A stretch of 63,253 bases of DNA, the filler included, from Reclinomonas americana ATCC 50394 (Eukaryota), in assembly GCA_048213135.1 (NCBI GenBank). It is 17 parts of 17 records of this genome, joined end to end, with 100 filler letters (N's around TTAATTAATTAA, not from the genome) between each part and the next. Parts side by side here need not be neighbours in the genome. Positions count along the whole stretch, not along the records: positions 1 to 4,495 come from AFZH01016839.1; positions 4,596 to 5,611 come from AFZH01016841.1; positions 5,712 to 14,808 come from AFZH01016843.1; 14 more parts are not named here. One strand, written 5' to 3'. Made by a program: the position numbers and the translations under genes. How positions within the stretch are numbered: the first letter of the stretch is position 1; the number at the start of each line of letters is the position of its first letter. Positions 1 through 12,829 of this stretch are shown here, piece by piece. Below the pieces are notes generated by a model. It was not told the DNA's origin. It was given only the letters and a program-made list of their open reading frames with translations, and made no database searches.

Positions 1-41
1 TTCCACTTCCCTCTGTCGAGTTGATTCCTTGACTCCCCCGT

Positions 42-886
42 GCACTCAACAAATACGAGCGCTTCCTCGAAGCATTCAGAGAATTCCGCAGCAAGGAGTT
101 CAACGATGTGCAGGTGAGGGAGACAAAAGGATGCACAGCAATCGAACTGACCTAACTTGCGCTTGCGCTCCCTCTTCCCTCGTACACTAGGCCGTGATCG
201 ACCGCTTCGAGTTCCTGCACGAGAAGAACCTCAGCCTGTTCCACAAGATGCAGAGTCGCGCGCAGCAGGTAACCGAGCTGCAACAGAGGTTAAACACCAA
301 AGTCAAGGTGCGCTGCAACGCGTGCTACAGCGTGGCGACAGAGTCTGGTTCATCTCCCGTTTACGCAGAGTTACCCGATTGCCTTGCTCGGCAAGCACCA
401 AGTGGTCCGCGCGTGCCAGTATCAGGGCGAGTTGCTAGAGACCAAGGCGGCGGAGGTGGAGGCACTGCGCGAGTCCGACGCCCAGCATGCGGCAACCATT
501 TTGAGGCGACTGAATGCTGTCGAGCTGTTGCGTTGGAGGCGCACAGAGAAAAAAGGCAAGTAGCTGTGCGTTCAGCTGAGGTTGACACTGCGTTCTCTCC
601 ATTGCACAGCGCCTGTGACTCCATGTTTGAACTGTGCGAGCGTGCCTCGGTGGTGGTGCATCAGCGTGCACAGGGCCTGGCCGAGATCAAGCCCGAGCAC
701 CGCCGCCGTGAGAAGCTGCAGATCATCGCCAACTTCATCTCGGACCTGGTGTGGATCGAGGGCAAGGCCATGGGCACTCTGCCACCCGAGGTCGACAGCG
801 GTGGATATGGCAGTGGCGCGGGCGGCGGTGCAGGAGGCAGTGCGGCGACCGCGACCGCCGCCGCCGCAGCAGCAGCTGACTATTGA
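42..886 (+). CDS. 3' part of a CCDC42/CFAP73-like (DUF4200) flagellar coiled-coil protein; spliced, 5' end outside the window
   Basis: Spliced peptide KYERFLEAFREFRSKEFNDVQ|AVIDRFEFL...VEL|ACDSMFELC...KLQIIANFISDL. This resembles the CCDC42 family pattern EF..I.EVI.RY..L / QL..I..FI.DL. Phase-compatible introns at 114-191, 308-368 and 527-609; stop TGA at 884-886. Confidence 0.6.
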
Positions 887-984
887 CCCAGTATCTCCCC
901 CAGTATAATACAGAGAAAAAACAGAGAAAAACTCACCACTCTCTTCTTTTGTGTCCTCTTCTTCATTGCTCCCTCCCTCCACGC

Positions 985-3900
985 TCATGAGCGCACTGCA
1001 GCCGCCGTGAGTGGTACTGGTGGGGCGGATGGCGCAGTGGATGCGGCGGCAGAACAGAGACGCGCCACCAGGCCCGCCAGCTGCAGCACCGAGTCGACGC
1101 CCTGCGAGATGCGCATGTGCACAATGCCGATCTCGCGCAGGAGCGCCAGTTGCTGCGCCTCGGAGAGATTGAGATCGCCGCTGCGGTACTCCACCACGCG
1201 GTTCATGGTTTTGATGAGGTCGACGGCGGAGTAGCCTAATAGGAGAAGGGTGTAAAGGGGAAGAGAGTGTGAAGGGATGGGTGAGACGGAGGGTGTGGAG
1301 AAGCAGGGAATTAGGCGGATAAAGAGGATGGGAGGAAACAGATGGACGTGGGGAAGTGATCGGTGAGTGCAGAGGAAGAGAAGCGAAGAGTAGGGGATGC
1401 GAAGGATGGGGGAGGGATGGAGAAGGGGGGACAAGGGGAATGGTGCAGCGAAGGAATGGAAGGGCGTGGAGGGGAAGAGAGAACAGCAGGGAAGAATAGA
1501 GAGGGGGGAGGAAAAGAGTCACATGGAATACGAGAGGAAAGATGCCGAAGGAAAGGGGAGGCGATGGATAAGTAAAGGAAGAGAAATGGTGTGGAGCGGA
1601 AGGAGCGAGGAGGATGGAAAGGGAAGGGAAAGGGAGGAAGGGATGGAGCGGAAGGAAAAGGGGAGCGGAAGGAGAAGGGGAGCGGAAGGAGAAGGAGAAA
1701 GGAACAAAGGGGAGGGGAGTGAAGAGAACAGTGAGGAGAAGAATCGAGAGTCGAGACTGAGACTTGAGAGAGACTGACAGACGCTGATAGAGACTGAGAG
1801 AGGATTAGTGACAGAGACTGAGATATTGAGGGAGACATGAGAGACAATTAGAGACTGAGAATGAGACTGAGAGACTGAGAAACTAGGAAACACTAAGAGA
1901 GACTGAGAGAGAGAGAGAGACTGAGAGAGAGACTGAGAGAGAGACTGATAGAGAGACAGAGAGAGACTGAGAGAGAGACTGAGAAAGAGACTGAGAGAGA
2001 GACTGAGAGAGAGAGAGACTGAGAGAGAGACTGAGAGACTGAGAGACTGAGAGACTCAAGAGTAGGAGAGTGTCGACACTGCAGAGTACACACACGAGCA
2101 ACAGAACAAGTTAGAGGAGTGCACAGACTCGGGCAAGATGGACTGGCAAGCAGCAGAGCTCGACAAGACGCGACGACTACTACCGGCGCAGCAAACCCGA
2201 GAGAGAAAGCGTTGATCGTCCTTGCCCTCCTCACCTTGTTCATACAGCGATGACATGGTTTCCAGCGCATCCTTCAACTGCCCTCGCAAGCACTGCTCAA
2301 GGATTTCCTTGACTGCGACTGGCGGCGGTTGATCGCACACCTGCAAAGCAATAGGGAGATATGAGAACTGACGCTCCTGTACTTTCTTCTCCAAGCATTC
2401 ATCATGTCGCAGCGTGTCTTTAGCCACTCAATTCAGGCTCACACATCAAGACGCATTCACACTCCGCTGCGCATGCACAAACATTTTCTAACTTCACGGT
2501 CTCACCCAGTCTCTCTCTCTCATACTCTCTCTCACTCTCCGCCTTCTAACTCAGTAATCCTGATAAGTATCAACCCTCAATACAAAACAACTGCATTCTG
2601 TGTCTGCGCCTGGCATTTTTCCCTCTTTGTTTCCCGCTCTCAGGTCTCGCAAACCTCCCCGCAACATCCAGCCATACTCTCTCACTCTCCTCATCACAAA
2701 CGCTTGAGTGCACGAAGAAACACTGCTCAGACCGATGAAGGGAGGATCCAGGGAGGCGAGATGTTCAATAAAGAACTGGGAAAGGTTGATTGGTGCCCTT
2801 TCTCTCCTTCTCTCTTCGCGCTGTGCCCGTCTTTCTGTCTCGTCCTCCTCCGCTTGCCTCTCTCTCTCTCCCTCAACTCCCACCTCTCTCTCCTCCCCTT
2901 TTCCCTCCCCCTTTTTCCATCTTTCTCCCTCCTCCCTTCTGCCCACCTTGAACACATTCTCCGCAGTCACAATTCCAAACCCCGTCACCGTTGACTGCAG
3001 GCTGTTGAGCGCATTGCGCAAATCACCCTCGGCCGAGAACAGCAGCGCCTCAAAGCCATCGTCCGTGCACGTCACCTGCACGACAAATGGGTGAGCCGCC
3101 GACCTGCATGACTGGCGAGAGAGAGATAGAGAGCCCCGCGTACATGCTCCTGCTCGACAACTTCTGTCAATCGGTGCAAGACTTCGTCGTCGGCCAGTCG
3201 TTGGAAGCGGACCACGGCACATCCTGTGCGATCACTCGGTTCAGCAAACAAGACTGTGGCTGTGAGGCAAAAGCGTGAGGGACGCAACGGCTCTGAATCG
3301 GCTCAATGACTTTTGTGCTCGTGTTGCAGGCGAGGGCGAAACGCGTGGTCGACGAGAATTGCTCCATGATGCGACGCAGCGCCTGCTGGCTCTCCTTGGT
3401 CATACTGCGGAGTTTGCACGATCAGCGGTTAAGGCACAGAAGAGCAGAGAGCGGCGCAAAAGTGTCACCTGTCGGCCTCGTCCAGAATGATCAGCTTGTG
3501 ACTGTTGCCGGGCAGTGTGACTTTCTTCTGCGCAAACATCTTGATCTTGCCGCGCACCGTGTCGAGTTTTCTGCGAGACGGTGAGCGAAAGTAGAAGGAG
3601 AGGGAGAAAGGACAGTGAGTGGCACGTACCGGTCATCAGAGGCGTTCAGCTCCAACACGCCCTCCTTCAAGCAGTGTGCGACGCCGGCTCCACTATGTAG
3701 AGGGAAAGGGTGAGACGAGGAGATGGACAGGGGAAGGAGACGGCGCGACGCAACAGCTGCTCCTGCGGTGTACCCTCGCGAATCAGCGCCTTTTCGTAGA
3801 TCTCTCGGGCCAGACACAGAATGCTTGTTGTCTTGCCGATGCCGGGTGGACCCTAAAGAGGTGGGAGGGATCAGAGAGGAACAGTGAACAAGAGAAAGAG

Positions 3901-4176
3901 AAGGCAGAGCAGAGTGATTGAGTGCGTGGGAGAGAGAGAGCGAAGGTAGAGCAGAGCGAGAGTGTATGTGCATGCGTTTGCGCTCGCAAGAGAGAGTGCA
4001 CGCGCACGTGTGCGTGTGCGTGTGTGTGAGAGAGAGGAATGAGGGAGAGAGGGCGCGCTCTCACCGCCAAGATAATGTTGGGCACATTGCCGTCCTCGGC
4101 AATCATCTTGAGGCGCTCCACGGCGTCCTCGTTGCCGACAATGTCGCGAAGGTAGCGAGGTCGGTACTTTTCCACC
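985..4176 (-). CDS. RFC2: Replication factor C small subunit (human RFC2 / yeast Rfc4 type), multi-exon; first exon not resolved
   Basis: Motifs in order: [15 protein letters not shown] (Walker A), [93 protein letters not shown]. Confidence 0.95.
1750..2057. repeat. (GA)n/GAGACT microsatellite in an RFC intron
   Basis: Repeated GAGAGACT units. Confidence 0.9.
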
Positions 4177-4495
4177 CTGCATGAAGGCAAGGGAGAAGAA
4201 GGGAGGGAGAAGAGAGAGAGAGAGTGAGATGCAAGGAGGCGATCAAGGGAGAGGGAGGGATAGGGAAATGGAGAGACTCCAACTGCGAAAGTGCTCAACT
4301 CAATGCACTCCTCAGGAGGTGGTGCGCGGTGGTCGGGGAATGCGAGAACATATGTGATCAGCATGATCGAGGCTCGAGAATTGGAGACAGGGGGACTGCA
4401 CAGAGACTCCAAGACTGTGTGCCTCATGGAGTATGCAAACAATATGCAAGTGGAGACAATGGGGCGCAAGAGAGAGAGAGAGAGAGCAATCGGAG

Positions 4496-4595
4496 NNNNN
4501 NNNNNNNNNNNNNNNNNNNNNNNNNNNNNNNNNNNNNNNTTAATTAATTAANNNNNNNNNNNNNNNNNNNNNNNNNNNNNNNNNNNNNNNNNNNN
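4496..4595. other. Artificial assembly gap spacer N44-TTAATTAATTAA-N44 (first of 16; others start at 5612, 14809, 17830, 20159, 21690, 23579, 25389, 29294, 38093, 40547, 41794, 43334, 44857, 46192, 48098)
   Basis: Identical 100-nt construct each time; the 12-mer gives stops in all six frames. Confidence 0.98.
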
Positions 4596-4596
4596 A

Positions 4597-5576
4597 CCAC
4601 CACCCGCCGAGCAGGACGCCGAGGTCGACGTAGCCGCCGTCCCCGCACTTGGCATTCGCCGAGCAGCTGCACCCTCCGCCCCGCCCTCCTACGCCCTCCC
4701 CGTCGCCGTAGAGGACATGTACTCGGCCGGCGACGCCGGCAGTGGCGCCGCCGCCTCTGTCGAACAGCAGTTGCACACACCGCGCCTGATCTACCCAGGC
4801 GACGTGGTCCCGCGCGGTCCCATTGACCTCTCCCTCGCCATGTACGAACCCGTGGCGCCCATCGCTGCAGGACCCGCCGGCTACGTGCGTCACCACACCG
4901 GTCCCGCCGGTCCCGACATGTGAATAAAATTGTCCACCTCGCTGCGTGTATTCGCGCGCGCGCATGCACTTTGTGCGCAACAGCAAGGCGCAGTACGACG
5001 ACGACTACTCCGACTCCGACTCCGACGCTGCACCACTGCTCTCCTCATCAGCAATGTCCTCACCACCGCCTCCTCCCGCCAACCGCACTCGTCGCCTGCA
5101 CTCACTCGGCGACAAAGACCCTGACAATGACGATGACGATGATGGTTTGTCTCGCTCCACTGCTGCCTCTTCATCGATGCTGGGCTTGCCGGCGGTGCTG
5201 GTGCAGAACCCGACTCCGCGCTCCTCGCCGATGCGTCCTGCGCGCACCGCCTCGTCGTCGTCGTCCTCGTCGCAGGCTGGTGGTGTAGCGTCGCCGACGT
5301 CGGGCTCGTCCTCGCCCGTGTCGCCGACGTTGGCGGCGGGTGCGGGTGTGGAAAGGGCGGGAGAGGGCAGTCCGTTGGGTGCGTCGCGAGCGCTCGGCGA
5401 GCCTCGTTGCGTGCGTGGGAGGGAGGGAAGGGGGAGGGGAAGGGAGGGAGGAGGAGGAGAGAATGGAAGGCAAAGAGAGAAGATTGTCAATGACTGAGAC
5501 TCACATGCAGAGGGAGAGAGAGAGAGGAGAGGAGAGAGAGAGTGAGTGAGTGAGTGAGAGAGAGAGAGAGAGCAGA

Positions 5577-5611
<35 letters not shown>

Positions 5612-8600
5612 NNNNNNNNNNNNNNNNNNNNNNNNNNNNNNNNNNNNNNNNNNNNTTAATTAATTAANNNNNNNNNNNNNNNNNNNNNNNNNNNNNNNNN
5701 NNNNNNNNNNNGAGAGAGAGAGAGAGACATGGTTTGTAAGTGAGTGGAAGGCAAAGATCCCTTCGAGAACAAGACAAGATCGCGCTGCTGTGAATGGACG
5801 CTCGTTTCGCCGCTCACTTCGGCAATTACAGAGGACCAGGAGCCTGGCGGCAAGCCTGCACCCTCGCCGACATTTGCACTGTCGCCGGTTGGTCAGGGTC
5901 GCCGCTTGTCGGTCACGATTCCTGTATTGCCGCTGATGGGCGACTCGGCAGCGGCGGCGGCCGGTTCAACAGCAGCTGCAAGTGCTACAGGTGAGCAGAA
6001 GTGGCTGAAGTTGCTTCATTGCCTGCATGTTCTCTCCTGGCTTCGTTTCTCCTTCTATTTGCCTGTCATCCAGCAGTCCAAGTCTGTCTCTGAATTCTCC
6101 GTTCGTTCACCGTTTCCCTCCTTAGGTTCCCCCACTTCCACCTTCACATCTTTCTTTCGTGCTCTCTAACTCTTATCCTTCTTGTATTATCCAGTCTCTT
6201 CCTTCACATTTATCTCTCCCTCGTCTCTCTTTGTCATCTTTCCTTGCATTCCTCTTCCACTCTTTCTACTGCATGATAACCCTCTGTTCTACTTCTCTTG
6301 ATTCCTTCTCCTCCTATCTTCCCCGCTTTCCCACTTGCCACTTTCCTCCTTCCCTCTTCCCGCTCCCCCTCTCCCCTTCTCCTTCCCCCTTCTCCCGTCT
6401 CCCCCTCTTCCCCTCTTCCCCTCTTTCCCTCTTCCCCTCTTCCCCTCTTCCCCTCTTCCCCTCTACCCTTCTTCCCCTCTTCCCCTCTTCCCCTCTACCC
6501 TGTTCCCCCTTCCCTCTTCCTCTTCCCCCTCCCTCTTCCCCCTCCCTCTTCCCCTCCCTCTTCCCCTCCCCCTTCCCTCTTTCCCTCTTTCCGTCTTTCC
6601 TTCTTTCCTCTCTTCTCTCTTCCCTCTTCCCTCTTCCTTCTTTCCTCTCTTCCCTCTTCCCTCTTACATCTTCCCCCTCCCTATTCCCCTATTCCCCTTT
6701 CCCTTCCTCCTTCCCCCTTCTGCTTTTCCCCCTCCTCCCCCCTTTCCCTCCTTCCCCCCTTACCCTCCCTTTCCCTCTCCTCCCTTCCCCTTCTCCCCTT
6801 CCCCCCTTCCTCCCCTTTCTCCCCCTTCTCCCCTTTCTCCCCCTTCTCCCCCTTCTCCCCCCTTCTCCCCTTCATCACGCAGTCGCCATCACCCCACCCG
6901 TCCAATCCCCCCAAGCAATGTCACCAACCAGCCCCTCCGACACATACGCCAATGGCGAGCCGGAGATGGCAGCCGACGAGCGCGACTCGCTCATTTCGCT
7001 GGTCACCAAGAAGCGCACACATCCTCTTTGTTGCGTTTAAATATCCGAAAGGTTTGATGACTTGGGAGGGTGACTCAATGTCTGTCCACAGGCACCACCC
7101 GTGTCCTCCTCAGTGTGGTGTCAACTGTGGCCTTTCTGCTGGTGGTGGCGATTATCGCGTTCTCCATTCTCGAATCGGACTCGAACAGTTGTGTGAGCAG
7201 AGAACGGTCTTTTTTTGCGCCCAGCTGCTCACGATCTTGTGCAGTCGACAACAAGACTCCCATCCAGTTCGACGACATTTTCAGGAGCGACCTCAAGTCC
7301 TCCACCAAGTGGTTGCAGTGGACGCCGGCAGGTGCTCCTTTCCCTCCTTTTGAAATCCCTGAGTCCCTTCTTGCTGACTGCATGGCAGGCGACGGAGTGC
7401 TCTTTGACGGTGACGGCGTAGAGAAGTTTGATTTCTTCACGAATCAGAGTCAGGTAGTCGTGTCGGACATGACGATTCAGGTGAGTGCGTGGAAAGGAGG
7501 TACATTCATGAACAGACGTCCTCACCACCATAATTTCCTCCCAGGCACTCCTAAATACAGCATCCTACTCGGCCACCTTCTCACCAGACGAGAAGTTTAT
7601 CATTTTCGCCACCGAGACGACACCAGTGCGTGCATTCTGCACGGCAGGAGTGCAACTCTCCTCTCACTTCGTGTTCTGCAGATCTACCGCCACTCGACGT
7701 TCAACCGGTTCTACTTGTACGATTTGAGTCGCCCCGCCGAGGTGGTACCACTCACGCCCGACGCACCGGCCAAGATCGCTGTGTGGTCGCAGGCCTCGGA
7801 TAAGATTGTGCGTGAGCTTCACTGCTTTATTCTCATTCATAATCTTTGCTAACTTTGCTCAAATCAGGCTCTGGTGGTGAACAACAACATTCGTGTGTAC
7901 AGCGTCACGTCGCGAGCATTCCTGCCCGACTTGACGACCGACGGAACGGCCGAGACCATTTTCAATGGCGTGCCGGATTGGTTGTATGAGGGTGAGTGGT
8001 TAAAGGGAAGGGGATGAGAGGGAAGAAGACAGGAGAAGAAGAAAAAACGAAGGAAGGGGAATGGTGGGAGTTGTCGTCAGAAGACGGAATGAGAGGAAGT
8101 GAGAGGAAGAGAGGAAGCGAGAGACAGGCAGATAGAGAGAGTGAGGGAGAATCGGCGTGAAGAGAGAAGGCACATGAGAGAGTCCGAGCGGCGATGTTGA
8201 GGCATAGAGTGTGTGTTCGCGAGAGAATGAGGGAGAGAAAGGGAGAGAGAAATAAGAAGGAGATGGGAGTTGGCGATAGGAGAATCAATGAAGACAAGAT
8301 GTGAGAGGCTGGGAGAGAGCTGGAGGGTGGGAGTCGGCGTCAAGAGAAATACCACATGAGAGAAAAGCGCAGCAGGAATGAGAGGATGCGGGAGGAAGGG
8401 TTGAGAGGCAGATTGGAGGAACGAGAGAGAGTGGACGAATGTCGTGAGTGGCTACAATTAGTCGGTTCTGAGTAGGAACCTTGATTCTGGTATTGAGTAG
8501 ACGACGAGTGGAGACCAAACGAAAATTCCTTGCTTTTTCGTTTGTTGCAGAACTGCATGATTCGAGCAATTATGTTTGGGCGCTCTTTGCACATCGTCTG

Positions 8601-11600
8601 ACTTTCCTCTCATTGTCGCAGAGGAGATTCTGGCTGCGGATGTCGCTCTGTACTGGAGCCCGTCCGGAACTCGCCTGGCCTACATGCGATTCGACGACAC
8701 GGCGGTGAAGACGTTTGACATTCAGCGGTTCTACAAGGACAATGCGTACCCGCAAGCGCAGTCGTTCAAGTACCCGACGGTGCGCAAGGGAATAGGGGAT
8801 AGGAGGAGGAGGAGGAGAAGGAGAAGGAGGAGAAGAAGACTAAGAAAAGAAGTTTAAGAGGAGAGAGAAAGAATGTCACGAGGAAAGTGAGTGCACTCTA
8901 CATTTCTAAATCTTGTTGCCGCGTGCGACGTTGCTAAATATGCGGGCCCGTAATCGGTGTCTCGCATGTGCGCGTTCACCTCCCCACTCACTCTCTCTCT
9001 CTCTCTCGCAGATTCACTGTTCGATCGCTGTCAGTTTGCTCCTCTGTAGGGGAAGCCTCGCCGTATCTTCTCTGTCCCTCTCTGGCGTGCGCACTCTTGC
9101 AAAGTCATTCACAACTCAGCTCTCTGTGCTGGCCATGGGTAGTCCCAGTTCAAATCTGTGTTCTATTTCCCATCCTTTCTTGTCTATCTCGCTGTCTCTC
9201 TCACTGTGTGGCACTGGTCTCCCTATCTCTGCATCGTATTTTTTCTCTGTTGCAATTTCCCCCCTCTCACTTCCCTTTTCCCCTCATGGCAGGCCGGCGA
9301 AACCAACCCATCCGTCACAGTCCTGTCGTACGACTTTGCCACGAAGACTACCAGCTCACTGGTTCGTCATCTTTGAATGCAATCTCCAAGCCGCTCTCTG
9401 TTGCCGCTCACACTTTCCCGTATTTCCCCTATAGCTCCTGCCCTCCACCTGCACCTACGCCTATGGGATTCAGTGGTTTGGCGACTCGAGCGTGATGCTG
9501 CGCTGCATCGGGCGCATCCAGCACGTGGAACAGGCCGTCATGTACGACGCAACTCCGTCGTCCATGATCTCGCCGCGTCGTATCACGGACCTACAGCGCG
9601 TGACGAGTGGATGGGTGGAGGTTCTGTCGCCTGTTCACTTTCTCTCTCGCTTCTCACTCACCTGCTCTCTCATCCCTTTGCCCTCCAGGACACGTGGGCC
9701 GACTCATTCGCCGAGACGGGAACGTCGGCCAACTTGTTCTTGCAGCGCGTGGTTGTCAACGATTACTACAACATTGCGCTGTTCTCCGCCTCCACTGGCA
9801 ACCGCCTGCAGACGCTGACGACGCACAACTTTGATGTGATGCAAATCGTGGGCGTCGATTTCGCCAGCAAGACGGCGTTGCGTTGATGGAGAGAGAGAGA
9901 AGCAGGTGTCCGTGCGCGCTTACTTTTTATTGCAGTGCTTATATCGTCGCCGAAGTGCCGTACCAGCGCTCACTTTATGCGTTGCGTGTGTGGCGTTGCG
10001 AGCCGTTTCCTTCACTTGCTCGTCCTCATTATTTCATTATGCAGTGTGTCGTGGAGCTCCTTCCCACCCACCGTCACCGTGGTGAATGACCCCGACGGTT
10101 GGTTGTCGGCTTCGTGCGGCAGCAATCTCCGTTTCTGCGTGGTGACTACGAGCACTTCGACGCGCGCGCACAAGCAATTCGCCGTGAACATGAGCTTGCT
10201 GAGTACGGTGCACGTGTTCACCGACAATGCGGATGTGCAGTCGCGTATCAATTCGCTGGCCATGCCGAGCAAGCAGTTCTTCTCGGTTCCGATTAATGGG
10301 AGAGGTGTGGAGGAGGAGAAGGGGAAGGGAACGGGAGAAGGGGAAAGGGAATTGGAGAGAACGTATGTCTTGTTGTTTCTGTTGTTTTGTTGTTGTGGCA
10401 GTGGTGGTTGTGGTGATTGTGGACGCGTGTACGTGTGTGCGTGTGTGTATATGCGAGCATGCGTGTGCGTTGTGTGTCTGTATGTGTGCGAGATTGTGCT
10501 TGTCGATGCTGTTGTTGTAGTTGTTGTTGTTGTGGTAGTCGTGGTGGTTGTGTGACGGTGTATGTTCCCTGGTGCGTGTATGTATTTATGGGTTGTGCGA
10601 TGTCGTTATGTTGTGGTTGTGCGAGATGGTGTTCTGCTGTTGTTGATGTTGTTTATTTGTGTGGTTCTGGTGGTAGTATATCTGTATGCGTGTATGTGTG
10701 TGCGTTTGTGTGCGTGTGTTGTGCGAGTTGCTTCTGTTGTTGTTTCTGTTGCTTGTTCGCGCGTTTGTGCACTGTGCGAGATTCTGTTGATCTCAATAGT
10801 TGTTTTGTTCCATGATCTTGTAATCTTGTGACGCTGCACCCATTGCGTGACGCTTACAAGTGAGTCGTATATTCGCGTGACACCTCTATTCAGTTGTGAG
10901 ACGCTACCCTTGGTGCTTGTGTGAGCTTGTTGCGCCACAGAAATTTGTATCCTGCGCGATGATATTCTCACTTTCCTCGTGTTCCTTCTCTCTTTCCACT
11001 CTGTTGTGAATCGCTTCACGCTATTCGTGTCTCTGCAATCTACTGTCCTCACCCTCTTTCTTCTTACCCATTCCCCTTCCCTGTCGCAGACCTCAACGGC
11101 TGGATCCTGACACCTCACGGCTTCAATCCCAACAACATGCACCCGCTGATCATCTACGTGTACGGTGGACCCGGCAGTCAGACCGTCATGGACACCTTCC
11201 GCGGTGTCTCCATTGATGAGTGGCTCGCCTCCAAAGGCTACATTGTGGCCTCCATTGATGCAGCTGGCACAGGCGCGCGGTTCGTGCACTCTTCTCCTGT
11301 GATGGAGTGCGCGCACTTTCTGTATTCTCATTGCAGTCGTGCGTCGCAGTGGCTGGAGCTTCCTCACCAGTGTCGCCAAGAATCTCGGTCTGCAACAAGT
11401 CAAGGATCAATCGGCAGCTGTGAGGTTTGCAGTGTGAAGTCAAGTGCGATGCGAGTAGCACTGTTTCTCACAGGTGTATAATGCAGCGCTCTCGGAAACA
11501 AGTTCTCGTTCATCGACACGTCTCGTGCGGCTGTGTGGGGATGGGTTGCGTGATTGCTACACCATGCACGCATGCACGTCTCTCTTTTCCCTTTCTTCAT

Positions 11601-12794
11601 TCTGTACTTCCCACTGTGAGAAGATATTGACAAGAGGAGAATGAGAGAAGGAGACAGAGAATGACGACTGACTGGTCGTTTCCCGTTTCCTCACACTCGA
11701 TCACTCTCGCTGTTTTCTCGACTCCCCCCCGCCCTCCCATGTCCCTGTCCATTGTCGTCTCTCTCATCCCTCGTCACTCTGTCCTCTATGTCTCTTTCCT
11801 GAGTGTCATGGCAACTCGTTGTCGGTTTCTCTCGCTCTGTGCTTCTCGTATCCTTTCGGAATCTGTTTCTCTCTGCGCTCTTTTTTTCTCATTCTCCCAC
11901 TCTGTGTTTCTCGTATCCCTTCCGAATCTCTTTCTCTCTGCACTTGTTTCTCACCTGTTTCTCCACGTTGGTTTCTCCCACTCTGTGTTTCTCGTATCCG
12001 TTCCGAATCTCTTTCTCTCTGCACTCTTGATTCTCATCTGTTTCCACCGCCCTTTCTCTGTCGTGTCAAGTTTTGGCTCTATTTTTCTCGCTCTCCTGTC
12101 TCTTTCTCCCATGCGCCGTTTCTTCTCCATCTCTCTGATCCCTCTCTCGCATTCGTTCTCTCTATATATTGTCTGTTTACTCACTCACTCGCTCACTCAC
12201 TCTCCCTCTCTCTCTCACGCACTACGCACTCACTCGCTCTCTCTCTCACGCTCTTCAACCTTTGTCTTCACTGTCTCTCCACCTAGCCCTCTGTCTCCCA
12301 CCCTCTCATCTATTCCCCTTTCCCCAACAGAGCTTCGGCGGCTACATGACGTTGATGTGCCTGACGGATCCCAAGACGCCGTTCAAACTCGGTGTCAGCG
12401 TCGCGCCCGTGACCGACTGGAACTATTATGGTTTGTGTGATATATAACCACGCACCTCTGCCACTCCTTCCCTCACTCCTCTTCTTCAGACACCTACTAC
12501 ACCGAGAAATACATGGAAACACCGCAGACCAACGCCGTCGGCTACTCCAGCACGAGTGTGATGACGCGCCTCGCCGCCCTGCCATCGTTCACGCCGCACC
12601 TCCTCCTAATTCACGGAACCGGCGACGACAATGTGCACTTGCTCAACAGTGCCACGCTGGTGACGGATTTGGTGGCGAAGAAGGCCGACTTCCGCCTCAT
12701 GTACTACACCAATCGCAATCACTCGATCGTGGGCGGCAACAGCAGAGAACACCTCTACGATCTCATGACGGATTTCCTCACGCAGAACTTGTAA
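4597..12794 (+). CDS. Dipeptidyl peptidase IV family (S9B) type II membrane peptidase with a long disordered N-terminal tail; start codon probably in the gap
   Basis: TM VLLSVVSTVAFLLVVAIIAF (~7.1 kb), IYRHS, FNGVPDWLYE|EEI, WSPSGTRLAY, YP..GETNP, VYGGPGSQ, catalytic GW|SFGGY, APVTDW..YDT.YTEKYM, IHGTGDDNVH, NHSI; stop TAA 12792-12794. Upstream exons (4597-4919, 4984-5405, 5832-5990, 6883-7029) join in phase, but their assignment is less certain than the catalytic part. Confidence 0.9.
6330..6872. repeat. ~540-nt homopyrimidine tract (TTCCCCTC-like units) in a DPP4 intron
   Basis: Almost purine-free C/T run on the + strand. Confidence 0.9.
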
Positions 12795-12829
12795 TGAACT
12801 CATCGAGGTTGTTTGGTATGAAAGGCAGA

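Noticed and set aside
4540..4551. TTAATTAATTAA recurring 16 times as a possible biological repeat or recombination site
   Set aside because: It is always centred in exactly 44+44 N, so it is an artificial six-frame-stop scaffolding linker.
6159..6880. Long Pro/Leu/Ser/Phe ORFs here and at 18.5-19.4, 27.2-28.5 and 45.8-46.2 kb
   Set aside because: Stop-free translations of C/T tracts in introns or intergenic DNA.
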